A stretch of 64,000 nt of DNA from the NCBI GenBank assembly GCA_024137785.1, contig JAHRHZ010000038.1:7516444-7580443 (forward strand), given 5' to 3'. Origin of the DNA: Ginglymostoma cirratum (Eukaryota). How positions within the stretch are numbered: position 1 is the first letter of the stretch; every line of letters starts with the position of its first letter. The notes beneath the pieces are model-generated. The model saw only the letters and a list, made by a program, of their open reading frames with translations, searched no databases and was not told where the DNA came from. Below are positions 1 to 13,204 of the stretch, in pieces. The translations under genes and the position numbers were made by a program.

Positions 1-750
1 TTAGCAGATAATATTGAGCTAAACAAAGGGGTTGTCTTTAAAAAAGCGATTATTTGGACACAGTCAACGAGTATTCCCAAAAAAAGGACAAGGTGAGATA
101 AACAAATTCAAAGCTCCTTGGGTGACAAATAACGTAGGATTCAGGTGAAGAAGAAAAAGTGGATAATACAACTGAGAACCAAGCTGAATATAGAAGATTC
201 AGAAGGGGATTTAAAGGCAAATAAGTATCGAAGAGAAAGTATGAAAAGAGACTGACAACACAATAAAAGGGAATTCAAAAGTCTTTTCGAAGCATATAGT
301 TAAAGGATGGTAAAAGAAGCATTGAGGCTGATTAAGAACCAATAGAGGAACTTTGTTTAGAAACAGGGGCATTGATAAAGTGTTAAAAGAATACTTTAAA
401 TTTATCTTTACCAACAAAGAAAATATTATGCAGATTATAGTGAAACAAGAGATAATTCGCATATTTGAAAGGTTTAATATTGACAAGGACAAAGTAAAAG
501 ATAAGCTGTCTACGCTCAAAGTTGATATGGTGCCAGGACCAGGTGAGATACTTCCAGAAATGCTGAGCAATGTAAGAGTGGAAATTCCAAAGGCACAACC
601 ATGACTTTGCAATCTTCCTTAGACTTGGGGTTCCAGAGAATTGCAGATTTTAAACTCAGTTCAAAATAGGGCCTATAGATAAACCCAGCAACTACATGCC
701 AATTTGTTTCACCTTAATAGAGGGAAAGCTTCAAGGGGGAAGCTATCTGC
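1..750 (+). mobile_element. Highly decayed CR1-like LINE ORF2 fragment (EN-RT linker/RT start)
   Basis: Broken frames with KGNSKVFSKHI- and GPGEILPEML-like motifs and 'gataaacccagcaactac' (DKPSNY), typical of CR1 ORF2; many stops. Confidence 0.65.
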
Positions 751-2909
751 AAAGTATAAGCTTTATTGAAAACTGTTTAAAAAAAATACAGTGGATGCAT
801 TTTTAATTGCAGACCATTATCGTGTTTAATGTATCTTAGTTGCTGTGGTAAGGGCCATTACCACTTGTAACAAATAAGAGCGTGTCACAAATCATGGCAT
901 GTAACAGGTCATAACTTGATTGTGAATATCCTGTTTTACTAAAGTCAAGCTTTAGGAATATCAACATAGTTTGTTGCTATGGACAGTGCTGTCAGCAATT
1001 CTTTCATGGTTAAATTGTGCTGACAATCACATTTAGCATGCCAATGACAGCACATTGCACCATTCGTATGGGGAGCAAATTTACTCTTTGCCTTAAAAAA
1101 TTCAAGGAATGGTAATTATTTTTAATGGATTTTCATGAAAGCAGTTCAAAAATGAAAAGTGATTAATTTACTGGTGGGAGGGAGAATTTTACTGATTGTT
1201 TTCCATTCTCCTTTACAATGGTTAACATTGTATCTAAATCATTTGGATATATTTCAGTATCACAAGTAATAGATTGGATAAATAGGAATTAAAGCAGCTA
1301 TTATTTATTTTAAGCGCAAAGGAAACCTTGACAAAGGCTTGACTGAAAGAAAATAGGTTAGTGAGTTTTATTATCTATATTTAATATGACAATTGTCATC
1401 TGTGTTTAGTACAGCAAAGAACAAATTTTGGAGCATGATTTGATTTTAAAATTTAAACGTTTGTGATCATAATGATTGATATCATTTTCAGATATGGTAT
1501 TATATCTGCAGTCTTTAGTGGTATACATCTTCAGGAGTTTTGTGGCCATTGGTTGGATTTTATGGTTGCAAATCAGCTGGCTGCTCCCCAAAAACGTATG
1601 TAAGATGCATGGTAATGATACAGCTTGGAGATTCAACATCATCACACCAGTGTCCAGTATTACTGAAGGCAAGAAGACACCAAAATCAGTCACTTTTTAA
1701 GGAGCTAATCAACACGCTATTGTTCATCTCAATTGTTAGGATTTTTTGTTGCTAATTCCATTTTCTAAGTGCTAAAAAGGAAAAGATTTGGGACTACTTT
1801 ATGCCTTGTATGAGGAGGTGTCACGTGTAAAAGGAAAGATTTGCCAACAGACTATGGCTGAGTATAGCAATAGATTCTGCTGGTGAAGGTGATAGCATTT
1901 GGACGCCATTTGATCTCACTGCTCCAAGCCTGCCATGTGAAGTGAGGAGAGATTGAGATAACAAGGGAACTTTAAATTGGTGGCTGTGACTGACTTCCTA
2001 TTCCCAACTGATGCCCCAGTCTATATGCGTAAATAGGTGTGGAGCTGCCCCTCCTAACTGTAATTAGTAACCTTCCTTCCGGGGTCAGTTAATTGGCTGT
2101 CCAACACTTGATATGACAAGCTGAGGCAGGAGTGAGCAGGTCACTTACTTTCCAATCCAACTCCCTTACCCTGCTGAGGACCATTACATCCAGCTCCACA
2201 TTTGCAGTGATGAAATGAAGATTTGTGAGTTTACGTTGTTATGTTGGACCGTTCAAATAAATGATGGCGAAATGAAATTGAATACTGTAAATACTTATAA
2301 GATACGGTTGATCCATTTTAATATATTGAACAAGACTATTTAATAAATAAACCTGTTGAACAGATTACCAAGTCAGCGTGAGAAAGCTTAGTGTTTATGT
2401 ATCTTACCTTTTTCATTTGGATGTACTTGGTTTAATAATCTGGCAGAAATATCTGGATTGCTCGTGTAATTTCTGGCAAGCTATTGTTTACTGTTGGAAT
2501 GATGACCCTGCAGGCAAAATTAAGAAACCAGTTGATCATAATCATTGTGGTTTTGTGAATAATCCGTTTGTTTTCAACTTGCATTGTATAATTCAGTTGT
2601 TCTTTCTGGACACTCCTCTTCCCTACATTCTTACAATGTGGAAATCAAGAATCATTAAGACACAAAATCTGGCTTGCCCTGTCCAACTGTTGACCTCCTT
2701 AGCCTTTTCAGATTTTTCTTTAACCCACAATCTTCACAATTCAAATCCAAAATTTAGCATCGTCTCTTCCTATTGTAGCTTGTATTTCTAGTCTTTGCAG
2801 CCCCTGATAATGTTCTGCATTATGGGTTGCGACTTTTCGGCTTGATATTTCTATAAAACCTCTTACTTGACAGAATGTGTTCTAGAACATTATTATTATA
2901 CTTCCAAAA

Positions 2910-3040
2910 CAGAAAGATCTGCATTTGTATAACATTTTTAATCATTACCAGATGGTTCAAAGTGCTTTACAGCTAATGAAGTACCACTGTGGTAATGTAG
3001 GAATTGTGCTGGTAATATGCACTCAGCATATTCCCACAAA
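2910..3040 (-). mobile_element. Deu-SINE (SacSINE1/AmnSINE-like) 3' remnant
   Basis: 'agaaagatctgcatttgtataac...aaagtgctttacagctaatgaagtac...gtaatgtaggaa' is the reverse complement of the Deu-SINE 3' end; matches the copy at 23.3-23.5 kb. Confidence 0.6.
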
Positions 3041-3338
3041 GGGAGGTGTTGTGATGATGTTACCTTGAAGACCACAATATTGTTGCAGAATTTGCAGCTT
3101 TTCTGTGCTGTTATTTTAGATAGACCTCTATTGGAATGGGTACCTACTAATCTGGATTGTATTTAGTGGTTTAACTCCATTTTGTAAGCAGTAAGAATTG
3201 CTGAGGTAGTTGATGCTACTGCACACTCCATTTGTAGGCTGTCATCTTAGCAGACTGACCATTACTTTGCAACTTATTCTCTTTAAGCTATGTTTATATG
3301 TATACATTGAACTAAATCTTATTTTGTTTCATTCTCAG

Positions 3339-3370
3339 GTAAGATGAATATAAAGAAGGTAACAAAGCAG
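3339..3370 (+). CDS. MICU2: MICU2-like internal coding microexon (32 nt; xKMNIKKVTKQ)
   Basis: Polypyrimidine ttttgtttcattctcAG acceptor and CAG|gtaagt donor; resembles human MICU2 RKTSVKKLTKK; ends in phase 0 and joins the next exon in frame. Confidence 0.8.
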
Positions 3371-4269
3371 GTAAGTCATGCATACATATGACAATTCAAG
3401 TTTTAATTAATGCAATTGTCCATAAAATAATAAACTCTGTTCCTCAATCATCAGCAAATTCTTCAAGTTTAAGAGATTTTTTGCTGTGACTGGTATTTAT
3501 TCTATGTGGGGTTTGGCCAAGTATTTGAATTACTTCTTATTTAATGGGAATTGGGTGCCACATGTATGGCTAGCGTTTGTTGCCAATCCATTTTGCTCTT
3601 GAACTGAGTAGCTTGAGACATAATTTGAAATGGGTAATTCAAGGGCATACTTGAATTGAAGATGGCCGATTTCCTTCCCTAAAAGATATTCATGAACCAG
3701 GAACTGAATATAATTGAGCTCATAATTGAAATTGGCAAAATTATCAAACCATTTTCCATGCTGCTGTGCCTTTAAAAAGGTGATCTCATTGAACAGTAAA
3801 TGTGGACATGATTCAATGCTTTAAGTAGTCACAAAACAGATCTTGAGGTGCCTGCAATGGCTCAATAGGTAGTATTCTTCCTTCCAAGTCAATAGGTTGT
3901 AGGTTAATTTTTTTTTAGTTCAGAAACTTCCAATAGCCTCACTATTGATCTGGATTTAGATTGAAAGGGTAGCACCAACTTCTAACGCATCGATGTTCTC
4001 AGTACTGTAGTTGATCATATTAGCTGATGCACTGCTGGTCTGGAACCAAGTTAATACATAATCGTTTTACGTCCTGCAGATGACTGAACCAAAAATTATT
4101 CAAGTACATTTATACTTAGCATTACGTAATTTTCATTGTGTTCACTGGGAAAGGTCCCATCAGATTTGAAAATAATGAATATAATCCTCTATTCAAGACA
4201 AAAAAAAGCTACTGCCCAATTAACCTCATACCTGTCACGTGGACTTCTTCAAATCCGTTGTAACAGAAC

Positions 4270-4985
4270 ATAATAATAAGGCATTTAGAAAATCTTAAGC
4301 AGGTGGAGTCAACATGGTTTTATGAAAAAAAAACTATATTTGACTAATTTATTCAAATTTGTTGAAGTAACAAAAAACGTGGCCAGAAAGGAACTTGTAG
4401 ATGCTTGGATTTTCACAAGACATACAATACGCAAAGATCACTACATAAAATAAAAGCTTAAATTGCAGGGAGTAATATATTAGCATGGGTAGCTAAGAGG
4501 GAACAGATTCTGGACAAGTGAGTCATAATGCGTTAGCAAGCTGTAGTAAGTGCCACAAGGGTTAATGTTGTGGTCTATTTACAGTCCATATCAATGACTT
4601 AGATGAAGGGATGAAATGTATGTTTGCTAAATTTCTTTTTTACACAAAGATATATAGCGGAATAAGTTATGAAGAGAGCCTAAGGAGTTTATGAAGCAAT
4701 ATAGTCACGTTAAGTAAGTGGGCAAAAATGGTGATTGGAGAAATTCAGATGACATTTAATGTGGGAATATGTGAACTGTCCACATTGGCAGGAAGAATAG
4801 AAAAGCAGTATACTATTTAAATGGAGAATGATTGCAGAATGCTGCAATACAGAGAGATCAAGGTGCCTTGATTCGTTCATTATATAACATTAGTACACAG
4901 ATACAGCAAGTGATTAGGAAGACAAATATGATGATATTTCGTGAAAAAGGAATGGGACATAAAGATAGCAACGTTTGCTACATTT
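4270..4985 (+). mobile_element. Decayed CR1 LINE RT fragment
   Basis: 'agtcaacatggttttatg' (SQHGFM), 'atcaatgacttagatgaaggg' (INDLDEG), 'cacattggcaggaagaatag' CR1 RT motifs; frameshifted. Confidence 0.75.
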
Positions 4986-4989
4986 TTTT

Positions 4990-5335
4990 TTGTAAATTCG
5001 TTCACGGAAAGTGGGCATCGCAAGCTAGACTGGCATTTGTTGCCTGTCCATAATTGCCCTGGAAAAGGTTGCTGCCTTCTTGAAACATCTTAGTTTTTGG
5101 GGTTTGGGAGCACCCACAGTGCATCAGGAACGGAACTCTAGGATTGTCACTCAGCAATAGTGACAACAATGTATTTCCAAGTCAGGATGGTGGGAGATAT
5201 GGAGGGAATCCTGCACGTGGTATTGTTTGAATGTATCTACTGTCTCTTGCCCTTGTCCTAAATGGTAGAAGTCATAGGTTTGGAACATTTTGTTAAAGGA
5301 ACCTGGGTGAGTTACTGCAGTGCATGTCTTTCCAG
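4990..5335 (-). mobile_element. 3' end of CR1-group LINE family 'X' (the tRNA-headed family)
   Basis: Reverse complement of the tail GGGCAATTATGGACAGGCAACAAATGCCAG..GATGCCCAC..GAATTTACAAAAAAAA shared with copies at 12.2, 13.1 and 47.6 kb. Confidence 0.75.
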
Positions 5336-5371
5336 GCGTCAATAGGTTTAAGTGAATTGCACAGGAAGCCA

Positions 5372-6677
5372 ACCATTTGAATCTGTTTACATTTGTAATA
5401 TTCCCTACCATTGAAATGAAAAGTGTTAATGGATGTGTTTCCAAGTCTTTTACAAGCAAAGACACCATAGAGAAACACTAGTGAGCTCATATTGATCAAA
5501 AAGTAATGAACTTATCATCCACATTGAATGTGTTTCCCAATCTTACAATACCTTTTATTGTAAGTATGCTAGTTAATTCGTCAATTTATCCCTTGTAGGA
5601 GATGGACAAGTATATTCTGGCACCTGTGTCTTATTTGTTAATATAACATGAAAAAAAACATGGAATATAGTGGGATAGAGTTTCCACGTTTAGAGCTCAC
5701 AATAACGCTGGTCAGTTTACAAAACAAGATTCTAATTAAATAATTAACATAATCACGAAAGTAAAGTCTTCCATAAAAAAGCGCATGCACAGTACAACAT
5801 AATTGTTTTTTTTAATTAAGAAGTATTTGTTAATATATTTAAGTGTGGTAGTTTGGTGTAAATGTATTAATACAGCTGAAAATGTTTCACAAAAGTAGCA
5901 TTTGGAGCAATGCGTCCAGTCCTCCACTCCCACTACAATTACAGAATTTAAACAAGAACTATACTGAACTGATCTACAGTCTGGTCTACTCTTATCTCAA
6001 AAGGGCTAACTATTCTTGATACAAAATGTTCTAAAAACAGACCGTCCAGTGCACCTACAACGTCAATACAAATGTTTTCGGCAAAAGCTGTCATTTTCAA
6101 CTTGTTTATGTGGCCAGTTTTGTGGATGGCACATGATTTGATTGAACTGATCTTGAACTAGCATAAAAGGTCTCATATGAATGGCTTTGGGAATAACTTG
6201 CATTTTAAAATTTTCCAATATTAGCATTGATTCAGCCAACTCCAGCAAATCACACTGATTTCTCTTGGATTGTTTTACAAAGCTGCTGGGAGATTGAGCC
6301 AGATTTGGTCATCTCCCAGCTCTTCTGAGGAGGTTAGCAAACATGTGACGCTGTCAACATCAACTGTCAACTGACGCCCAGGAGTTGCCTTACACATGAA
6401 CCCATCACCACCCATAACTGCTCCACTCCCTTCGTTTTATGAGAAATGCATGGAGTTCAGTGTATTTATTGCTTTTTTTTATTTTCCAACAATTAAATGT
6501 AAAAACATTCGAAGTGTAATCTGCCAGATAATAAATATCTGACCCACTCCTAACAGGATTTTCTGTTGACATTTCAAGTCGAGTGACTTCATTTGTAAAA
6601 GACATGGAAACACATCCATTAACACTTTTCATTTCAATGGTAGGAAATATTACAAAATTTAAACAGGTTGGAATGGT
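5372..6677. repeat. Long inverted repeat pair (core 5392-5455 / 6593-6656), candidate non-autonomous DNA transposon
   Basis: 62/64 identity between 5392-5455 and the reverse complement of 6593-6656; degenerate extension to ACCATT...AATGGT ends. Confidence 0.7.
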
Positions 6678-6679
6678 CA

Positions 6680-6795
6680 CTGGGCTCAAAATGTTAACTC
6701 TGTCTTCTCTGCATAGATGCTGCCAGATCTGCTGAGTTAATCCAATTTCTGTTTTTGTGTGCTTCAGATCTCCAGCATCCACAGTTCCTTGTTTT
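6680..6795 (+). mobile_element. Penelope-like 3' tail remnant
   Basis: 'aaaatgttaactctg...gatgctgccagatctgctgag...ccagcatccacagttcc' matches the tail at 52690-52760. Confidence 0.65.
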
Positions 6796-7234
6796 AGTTT
6801 AGGATTTTCTATTTGTTTCTTTGACCAGTTTTTGTTGTTGTGAGCCCAAGGTCCCATAAAGCACAGGCAAAGTGTTTTCCATGTCATGTAACTCCATCTT
6901 CCAGATCTTGGTAGTTAGAGACTGCCTTGTTGCTGTAGCCCAAAAGCTCCTGTTCCGGGGAAACCAGCAGAAAGCTGCTTAAAAACTTTAAAAAGTGACT
7001 GAAAACCCAGACAGTAGCAAATGTGAATCAGTGGAGACGCAAGTATGAGACCACAGTACAGACAGGAGTTGCTGCCTATTCCACAACAACAAATTGTAGA
7101 CACGTTATGCTTTTAACATAATGAAAAGTGCACAGGCACTTTGTAAGAACATTATTAAGCAAGATTTGATACCAGTGCACATAAAGCAATATTCTGGCAG
7201 ATGACTAAAGCTTGGTCATCACGGAATACCTTGC

Positions 7235-8330
7235 CTCTGTTCTTTTTTTGTAGGTACTGTTTTATATGGCTAGTTCAGTTCAGTTTCTGGTCAAAGGTAA
7301 CCTCTGGGTTATTGGTAGTGGGGAATTCTTTAATGCTAATGCCTTTACACACCAAAGGGCAATATTTGTCTCCCTTCTCAAAAGTGCATGTTACTTGCCA
7401 CTTATCAGTCAAACCTGGATGTTATCCACGTCCTGCTGCATATGGACACGGACTACTTCAGTTTTTAAGAGTCACAAATGGAGCAAAAATTTTTCAATCA
7501 TCAGCAAACATCCACATTTGTGACCTGGTGATGGAAGAAGATCGTTAATGAAGGATGGTGAATCCCTGAGGAATTCCTGTAGTGATGTCTTGGAGCTGAG
7601 ATGATTGACCTTTAACAACTACAACCATCTTTCCCAAACAGAATGCATTGGGCATCCACCAAGTGGTATTCAGTATGCAGGAGTAGTTGAGAGGCAGTGG
7701 GATATGTGGCAATCAATAGGAAGGCTTCCTTGCCCATGTTTGACTTGATGCCATAAGACTAATCGAAGTCAGGAGTCAATGTTGAGGAATCCCAGGGCCA
7801 ACTCCTGACCTTGTATTACTCGTCTGCCTCCTCTGATGGATCTGCCCAGCTGGTGGTGTCTGAGACATTGCCTGAGTCTGACCAAGTCAGGTTTTTGCTT
7901 GACAAGTCTGTGAGACACTCCCCAATGTTTGGCACAGCTGTGAGATGTTAGTAAGAGAGTATTTTGCTGGAATGTACGGGGTAATTGTTATTTTTGGTGC
8001 CTGGTGGATGATAATTCTTCCAGTTTCTTTCCTTTCCTTAGACTTCATAGTGGTTTGATGCAATTGAGTGGCTTGCTCAGAGGGCAGTTAAGAGTCACGC
8101 ACGTTGCTGTGAGACTGGAGTTACATATAGGACAGATTTTCCTCTTAGTGAACCAGATAGGTTTTTATACAATTGGCACTAGTTACATTAAGCTTGCTTT
8201 TAATTCCAGATTTTGTTGAATTCAAATTCCCCATCTGCCATTGTAAGATTTGTACCCATGTCCCCAGAATGTTAACCTGGCATTTCGAATTGTCATTCAG
8301 TCATACTATTACAATGTCAGTGCCTCCCCA
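7235..8330 (-). mobile_element. Internally deleted copy of tRNA-headed CR1-group LINE X
   Basis: Reverse complement of 8330-8050 is the tRNA-like head and body; 8000-7740 is the EN start (cttgtcaagcaaaaacctgac, LVKQKPD); 7640-7235 is the RT region. Confidence 0.7.
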
Positions 8331-8502
8331 ATTAGATGAGAAAAACTGAAAAAGCTTCTCCTTTTCTAATTGATGAAGTCCTTAAGTAGTTGATGACACG
8401 TTTCAATATAAAATTAAAATTAAATTTAGAGAACTATAATAAGTATGCATACAATTCTTGTTAAAAATATCCTCACCAGAAATATCTATCTTTTTCCAAT
8501 AG

Positions 8503-8578
8503 GATATTGATACATTGGTGGCACAAGCAGCTACTGTGAAGCAGAGTACTAATCTTTTCAGAGACCTTGGAGATAACG
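8503..8578 (+). CDS. MICU2: MICU2-like coding exon (76 nt; DIDTLVAQAATVKQSTNLFRDLGDN-G)
   Basis: tttttccaatAG acceptor, G|gtatgt donor; FRDLGD motif matches MICU2 (FFRDLGDKG); phase 0 to phase 1. Confidence 0.92.
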
Positions 8579-9489
8579 GTATGTTTAAATGTTTTTAAAA
8601 TGCTTACCCTTTAACAATTCACACAGAGTTCTAAGCTCATAGACCTACTATAAAACCATGTAAATTGTTTTCATTGATTGCTCTGAATATATGTTTAAAA
8701 TATGATTATAGTTAAAGTGATTGCATTTGTTTCTTGAGCATTTACTCTAGATGTTGACATCTAAGTAGACCTTTGAAGTCTCAAAGCAATCCCTCCAAAA
8801 ATAGAGGTCTGCTTATACTCCTAGTGTAAAATAGGAAGCCCCCGGTGTTGGTGGCCACCACCTTTGTCATTCACTGCCTGGACTCTGTTCTTTATGGGAT
8901 GTCTTAAATTCTCTCACATCTTTGCAGAACGATCCATATCACTGCTTGCTCCCTTTGGGCTCAGTTTTAAGGCATCAGTAAGGAAAACATCCATTTGTGG
9001 ACTGAAAAATTTAGACTGATTTGTAATGTGAGTACAGCATGTCAAGGCTGGAGTTGGCAGGTGGCGGGGTCAACTTCTATGACAAATTTACCCAGACATT
9101 TTACTTCTGGGCTAATAAAGTGGGCTCATCTTACAGGCCAGGTTGGCTTACACACCATATACCTGCTCCAGGTCAGTATTCCAATGTATACACAATTAAT
9201 CTCACATTTATATTGACAAATCAAAAGAGACCCAGGTCAAACTAAGCACTGTTAGCACACACATGTATAGTAGAATGTAACTGAAATCAAATAGTTTGTC
9301 CCAAGGGACAGATCCTCAAGTTAAGGCTTTCAATTATACTATAACATACCAAGTCAGCAATTCTGAATTGATTTTTTTTTAAAAGAGCATTTAACTGTTT
9401 AGTATTCTTTTTTGAGGTTTGTAGCACTAAGCTAATATAGTCACATCATTGACTCTAACAGCCTTAATATAAAGGATCCTGTAGGTAAG

Positions 9490-10360
9490 AGTGATCATGA
9501 GATCATAGAAATTCATATTCTGTGAGAAACGAGGTTCTGGAACTTTGATAAGACAGTTATAAGGAATTGAAGATCGGTGGCTGAAGTAGGCAAAGAAAAT
9601 AGATTAGCAAGTAAGCAGTGACAAACATTTAAGGAGATGGCCCATAACCCCCTTGATTAATGTATTCCATTGGAAAAGAAAAACTGCAAGTAGAATGCAC
9701 CGTCCATGTGATCCACTAAGAAGTATGTGGTGGTATAAAGGAAGAATAGGAGAAAAGGAAATGGAGGTGGGATATTACCATTAATAAGAGATGGGATCAG
9801 TACAGTAGTGAAAGTAGATCTCCAATTGAGAGAATAAGTTGTAGAATATGTTTGTCTCAAGCTGAGAAACAGCAAGGAGCAGCAAACATTTATATGTTTG
9901 TTTATAGGCCACTAAGTGATAGAAATGCAGAGGACAATATAAATCAGCTATTTTGTGGTGCCTCTATCAAGGGTAATGCTGATTTCAATCTACGTGTGAA
10001 TTGGGTAATCTAATGAACACTAATGCTGTGGGGGACAAATATCTGGAACGTACACAGTGTTTTTCGTGGCAATGTGTTGAGGAGTTACCTGTGGGACAGG
10101 CTAATCCAGATGTGGTAATATGCAATAAGAAGGGCTAATGAATAATCTCGTTGCAAAACAGTACATAAGGAAGTGACCATAACATGAGGAATGGTCCACT
10201 AAGTTTGCAAATTTAATTCAGCAAAGGAAGACTGAGAAACTGATAAAAGGAGAATAAAATGTAAAAACAAGCAAGAAAATTTTAAAAAAAAACTTCTATA
10301 GGTATGAAAAAAAGAAATAATTAGCGAAGATGAAAGTCCATTACAAGCAGAGACATGGGG
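9490..10360 (+). mobile_element. Decayed CR1 ORF2 fragments (endonuclease region)
   Basis: 'aagagtgatcat', 'ggaggtgggata', 'tttataggcca' (GGG / YRP motifs); heavily mutated. Confidence 0.5.
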
Positions 10361-10364
10361 ATCT

Positions 10365-11135
10365 TTTATTAGTCATTTTGGGGATGTGAGCTTCACTGAC
10401 TGATTCAGCATTTATTGCCTATCCCTAGTTTTCCTTGACTGGCTAAGGTCCATTTGGAGTAGGAAGACCAAAACTGCTATCACTGGATAAAAACTTTGAT
10501 CCAGCGACACTGAAGGAACGATGATATAATTCTAAAACAGGGTGGTGAATGGCTTGGTGGTGGTGGTGGTGTTCCCATGTGTCTGCTGCCCTTGTTCTTC
10601 TGAATGATGGTGGTCATGAAATAGCTATTGCAGATTCATAGCCTTTGACCTGTTCTTGCAACCACAGTATTTATATAGCTGATCCAGTACACTTTGTGGT
10701 CAATGGTAACCGTCAGGGTGTTAATAATGAAAGATTCACTGATGGAAGTGCCATTGAATTTCAAGGGGCAGTGGCTGTATTCTGTCTTGTTAGAAATGGC
10801 CATTGACTGGCACTTGTATGGCAAGAATGTTATTAGCCACTTATCAGACCAGACTTGGGTACTTTCCAGGTCTTAGTGCACTTTGACACGGAATGTTTCA
10901 GAGCAGGTCAGAGGCTAAGAATCTAGCAGTGAGTACCTCACTTCCAAACTCCCCAAAACCTGTCTCCATCTATCAGCTAGAAAAACAAGGGTAGCATTGT
11001 GGGTGTACATACACCAAATGGATTGCAGCAGCTCAAGAAAGCAACTCATCACCACCTTCTCATGGGCAACTGGGGATGGATGGTAAATGTTGGCCCAGCT
11101 AGTGATGCGCACATTCTGTGAGCAAATAAAATTAA
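10365..11135. mobile_element. Two LINE X 3' fragments in opposite orientation (- 10365-10900, + 10900-11135)
   Basis: Shared tail 'gggcaactggggatggatggtaaatgttggcccagc' on + and its reverse complement at about 10380-10435. Confidence 0.6.
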
Positions 11136-11329
11136 GAATTATTTTTAAAGACTAAGCACAACCTCCCAAGCCCTTAAACAACATGGGCATTGGTGAGAAA
11201 GTTTGGAAAATATGCTAAGATCACTGGTAATGGGCCTCTTGGCACTGAGAGCAAGAAGTTCAATTCTCATTTCCCAAAACCCAGGTTTTGAACAGAGAGA
11301 AGAGAATTTCACTGGTAAGTGGTGAGGAG

Positions 11330-12278
11330 CCAGTTTGCATCAGGGTGGTGTCCAAGGCCCAACCGTCTTCAGTTGCTTCATTAATAACCTTCCCTCCATC
11401 GTAAAGAAGTGGGGATGTTTGCTGATGATTGCATAATACTCAGCACTGTTTATAACTCCTCAGATACTGAAGCAGTCTGTGTTCAAATGCATCAATATCC
11501 AGGCTTGTGATGACGTGTGGCAAGTAAACTTCACACGACACAAATGCCAGGCAATGACCACCTCCAATAACAGACAATCTAACCAACAATGTTACCATCA
11601 CTGGATCCCCCATTATCGACATCCTGTGGATTACCATTGACCAGAAACTCAACAGGACTCATGATATAAATACAGTGGCTATAAAAGCAGGTCAGAAGCT
11701 AGGACTACTGTAGCAAGTAATTCACTTTCTGACTCCACAAAGTCTGTCCACCATCTACAAGGCACAAATCAGGAGTGTGATGGAATACTCCCCACTTGTC
11801 TGAAGGAGTGCAGCTATAATAACATTCAAGAAACTTAACACCATCTGGGACAAAGCAGCCCGCTTGATTGGCAACACATCAAAAACTATCCACCGTCTCC
11901 ACTACCGATGCTCAGTACCTGTAGTGTGTACTATCTACAAGATGTACTGCAGAAGATTGCCAAAGAGCCTTAGAAAGCACCTTCCAAACACACAACCATT
12001 TCCATCTAGAAGGACAAGAGCAGCAAATATATGGGAACATCACCACTTGTGTTTCCCTTCAAGCCACTCTCCATCATGACGAAAGTATATCACTTTTTCC
12101 TCACTGTGTCAAAATCCTGGAATTCCCTCCCTAATAGCATAGTGGGTCTACCTACAGCGCAAGGACTGCAGCAGTTCAAGAAGGCAACTCACCACCACCT
12201 ACTCGAGGCCATCTAGGGATGGGCAATAAATGCTGGCCAACAAGCAACACCAACTTCTCATGAGTGAATTTAAAAAAT
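11330..12278 (+). mobile_element. 5'-truncated LINE X (RT C-terminal half and 3' tail)
   Basis: 'atgtttgctgatgattgc' (MFADDC), 'tacaaggcacaaatcaggagtgtgatggaatactcc' (YKAQIRSVMEYS), tail ending gaatttaaaaaa. Confidence 0.85.
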
Positions 12279-12389
12279 TACATATAATTGGTATGTGATT
12301 ATTATTTCATTTATATGCAGTTTCCTGTTCTTCCACCTCCCAGACAGAAACTAGACAGTGACAATTCCCAACATGAAAGTTGGAGCTCA

Positions 12390-13133
12390 CAGCTGACTCC
12401 TCTAGCTCTTATCTTCATGCTATCCAAGACGCAAATGCAGCAAAACCTGGATAATGTCCAGGTTTGTGCTGGCAAATGGCATGTGGCAAGAAGAACTCAG
12501 GCCAGATAATGACTGAACATCCATATAAATACAGTAGCCACAAGAGCAGGTCAGGCTAGAAATTCTGCAGTGCATAATTCACCTCCTGATTCCACCAGCT
12601 ACAAAGCACAAGTCTGGAGTGTGATTCAGTATTCCCCACTTGCCTGGATGAGTACAGCTGCAGCAACACTCAAGAATCTTGACACTATCAAGAATAAAGT
12701 AGCCTGCACGAATGGCATCTCATCCACAAACATCCACTCTCTCCACCACCAACACTCTGTAAGAGCAATGCATATCATATAAGATATGCACTGCACAAAT
12801 GCACTAAGGGTCCTTAGACAGCACTTTTCAAATACACAACCACTACCATCTTGAAAGACAAAGGGCAGCAGATACATAGGAACACCATCATCTGCAAGTT
12901 CCTCTCCAGGTCACTCACTGTCGTGACTTTGAAATATATTGTCGTTCCTTCAGTGACACTGGATAAAAATCCTGTAAGTCCCTCCCTAACAGTATTATGG
13001 ATGTTACCTACACCAAATGGACCTCAGCAGTTTGAGACTGCAGCTCACCACCACTTTCTCAAGGGAACCTGGGGATGGGCATCAAATGCTGGTCCAGCCA
13101 GCAATGCCTGCATCCTATAAATGAATAAAAAAA
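12390..13133 (+). mobile_element. Second tandem 5'-truncated LINE X copy
   Basis: YKAQVWSVIQYSPLAWMS peptide; same 3' tail ending atgaataaaaaaa. Confidence 0.85.
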
Positions 13134-13204
13134 GTCTTAGACAGCATTTTCAGGCACACTCGACAATCAGTGACCACCTATACCTCCCAGGTGTTGTTCT
13201 TCCA

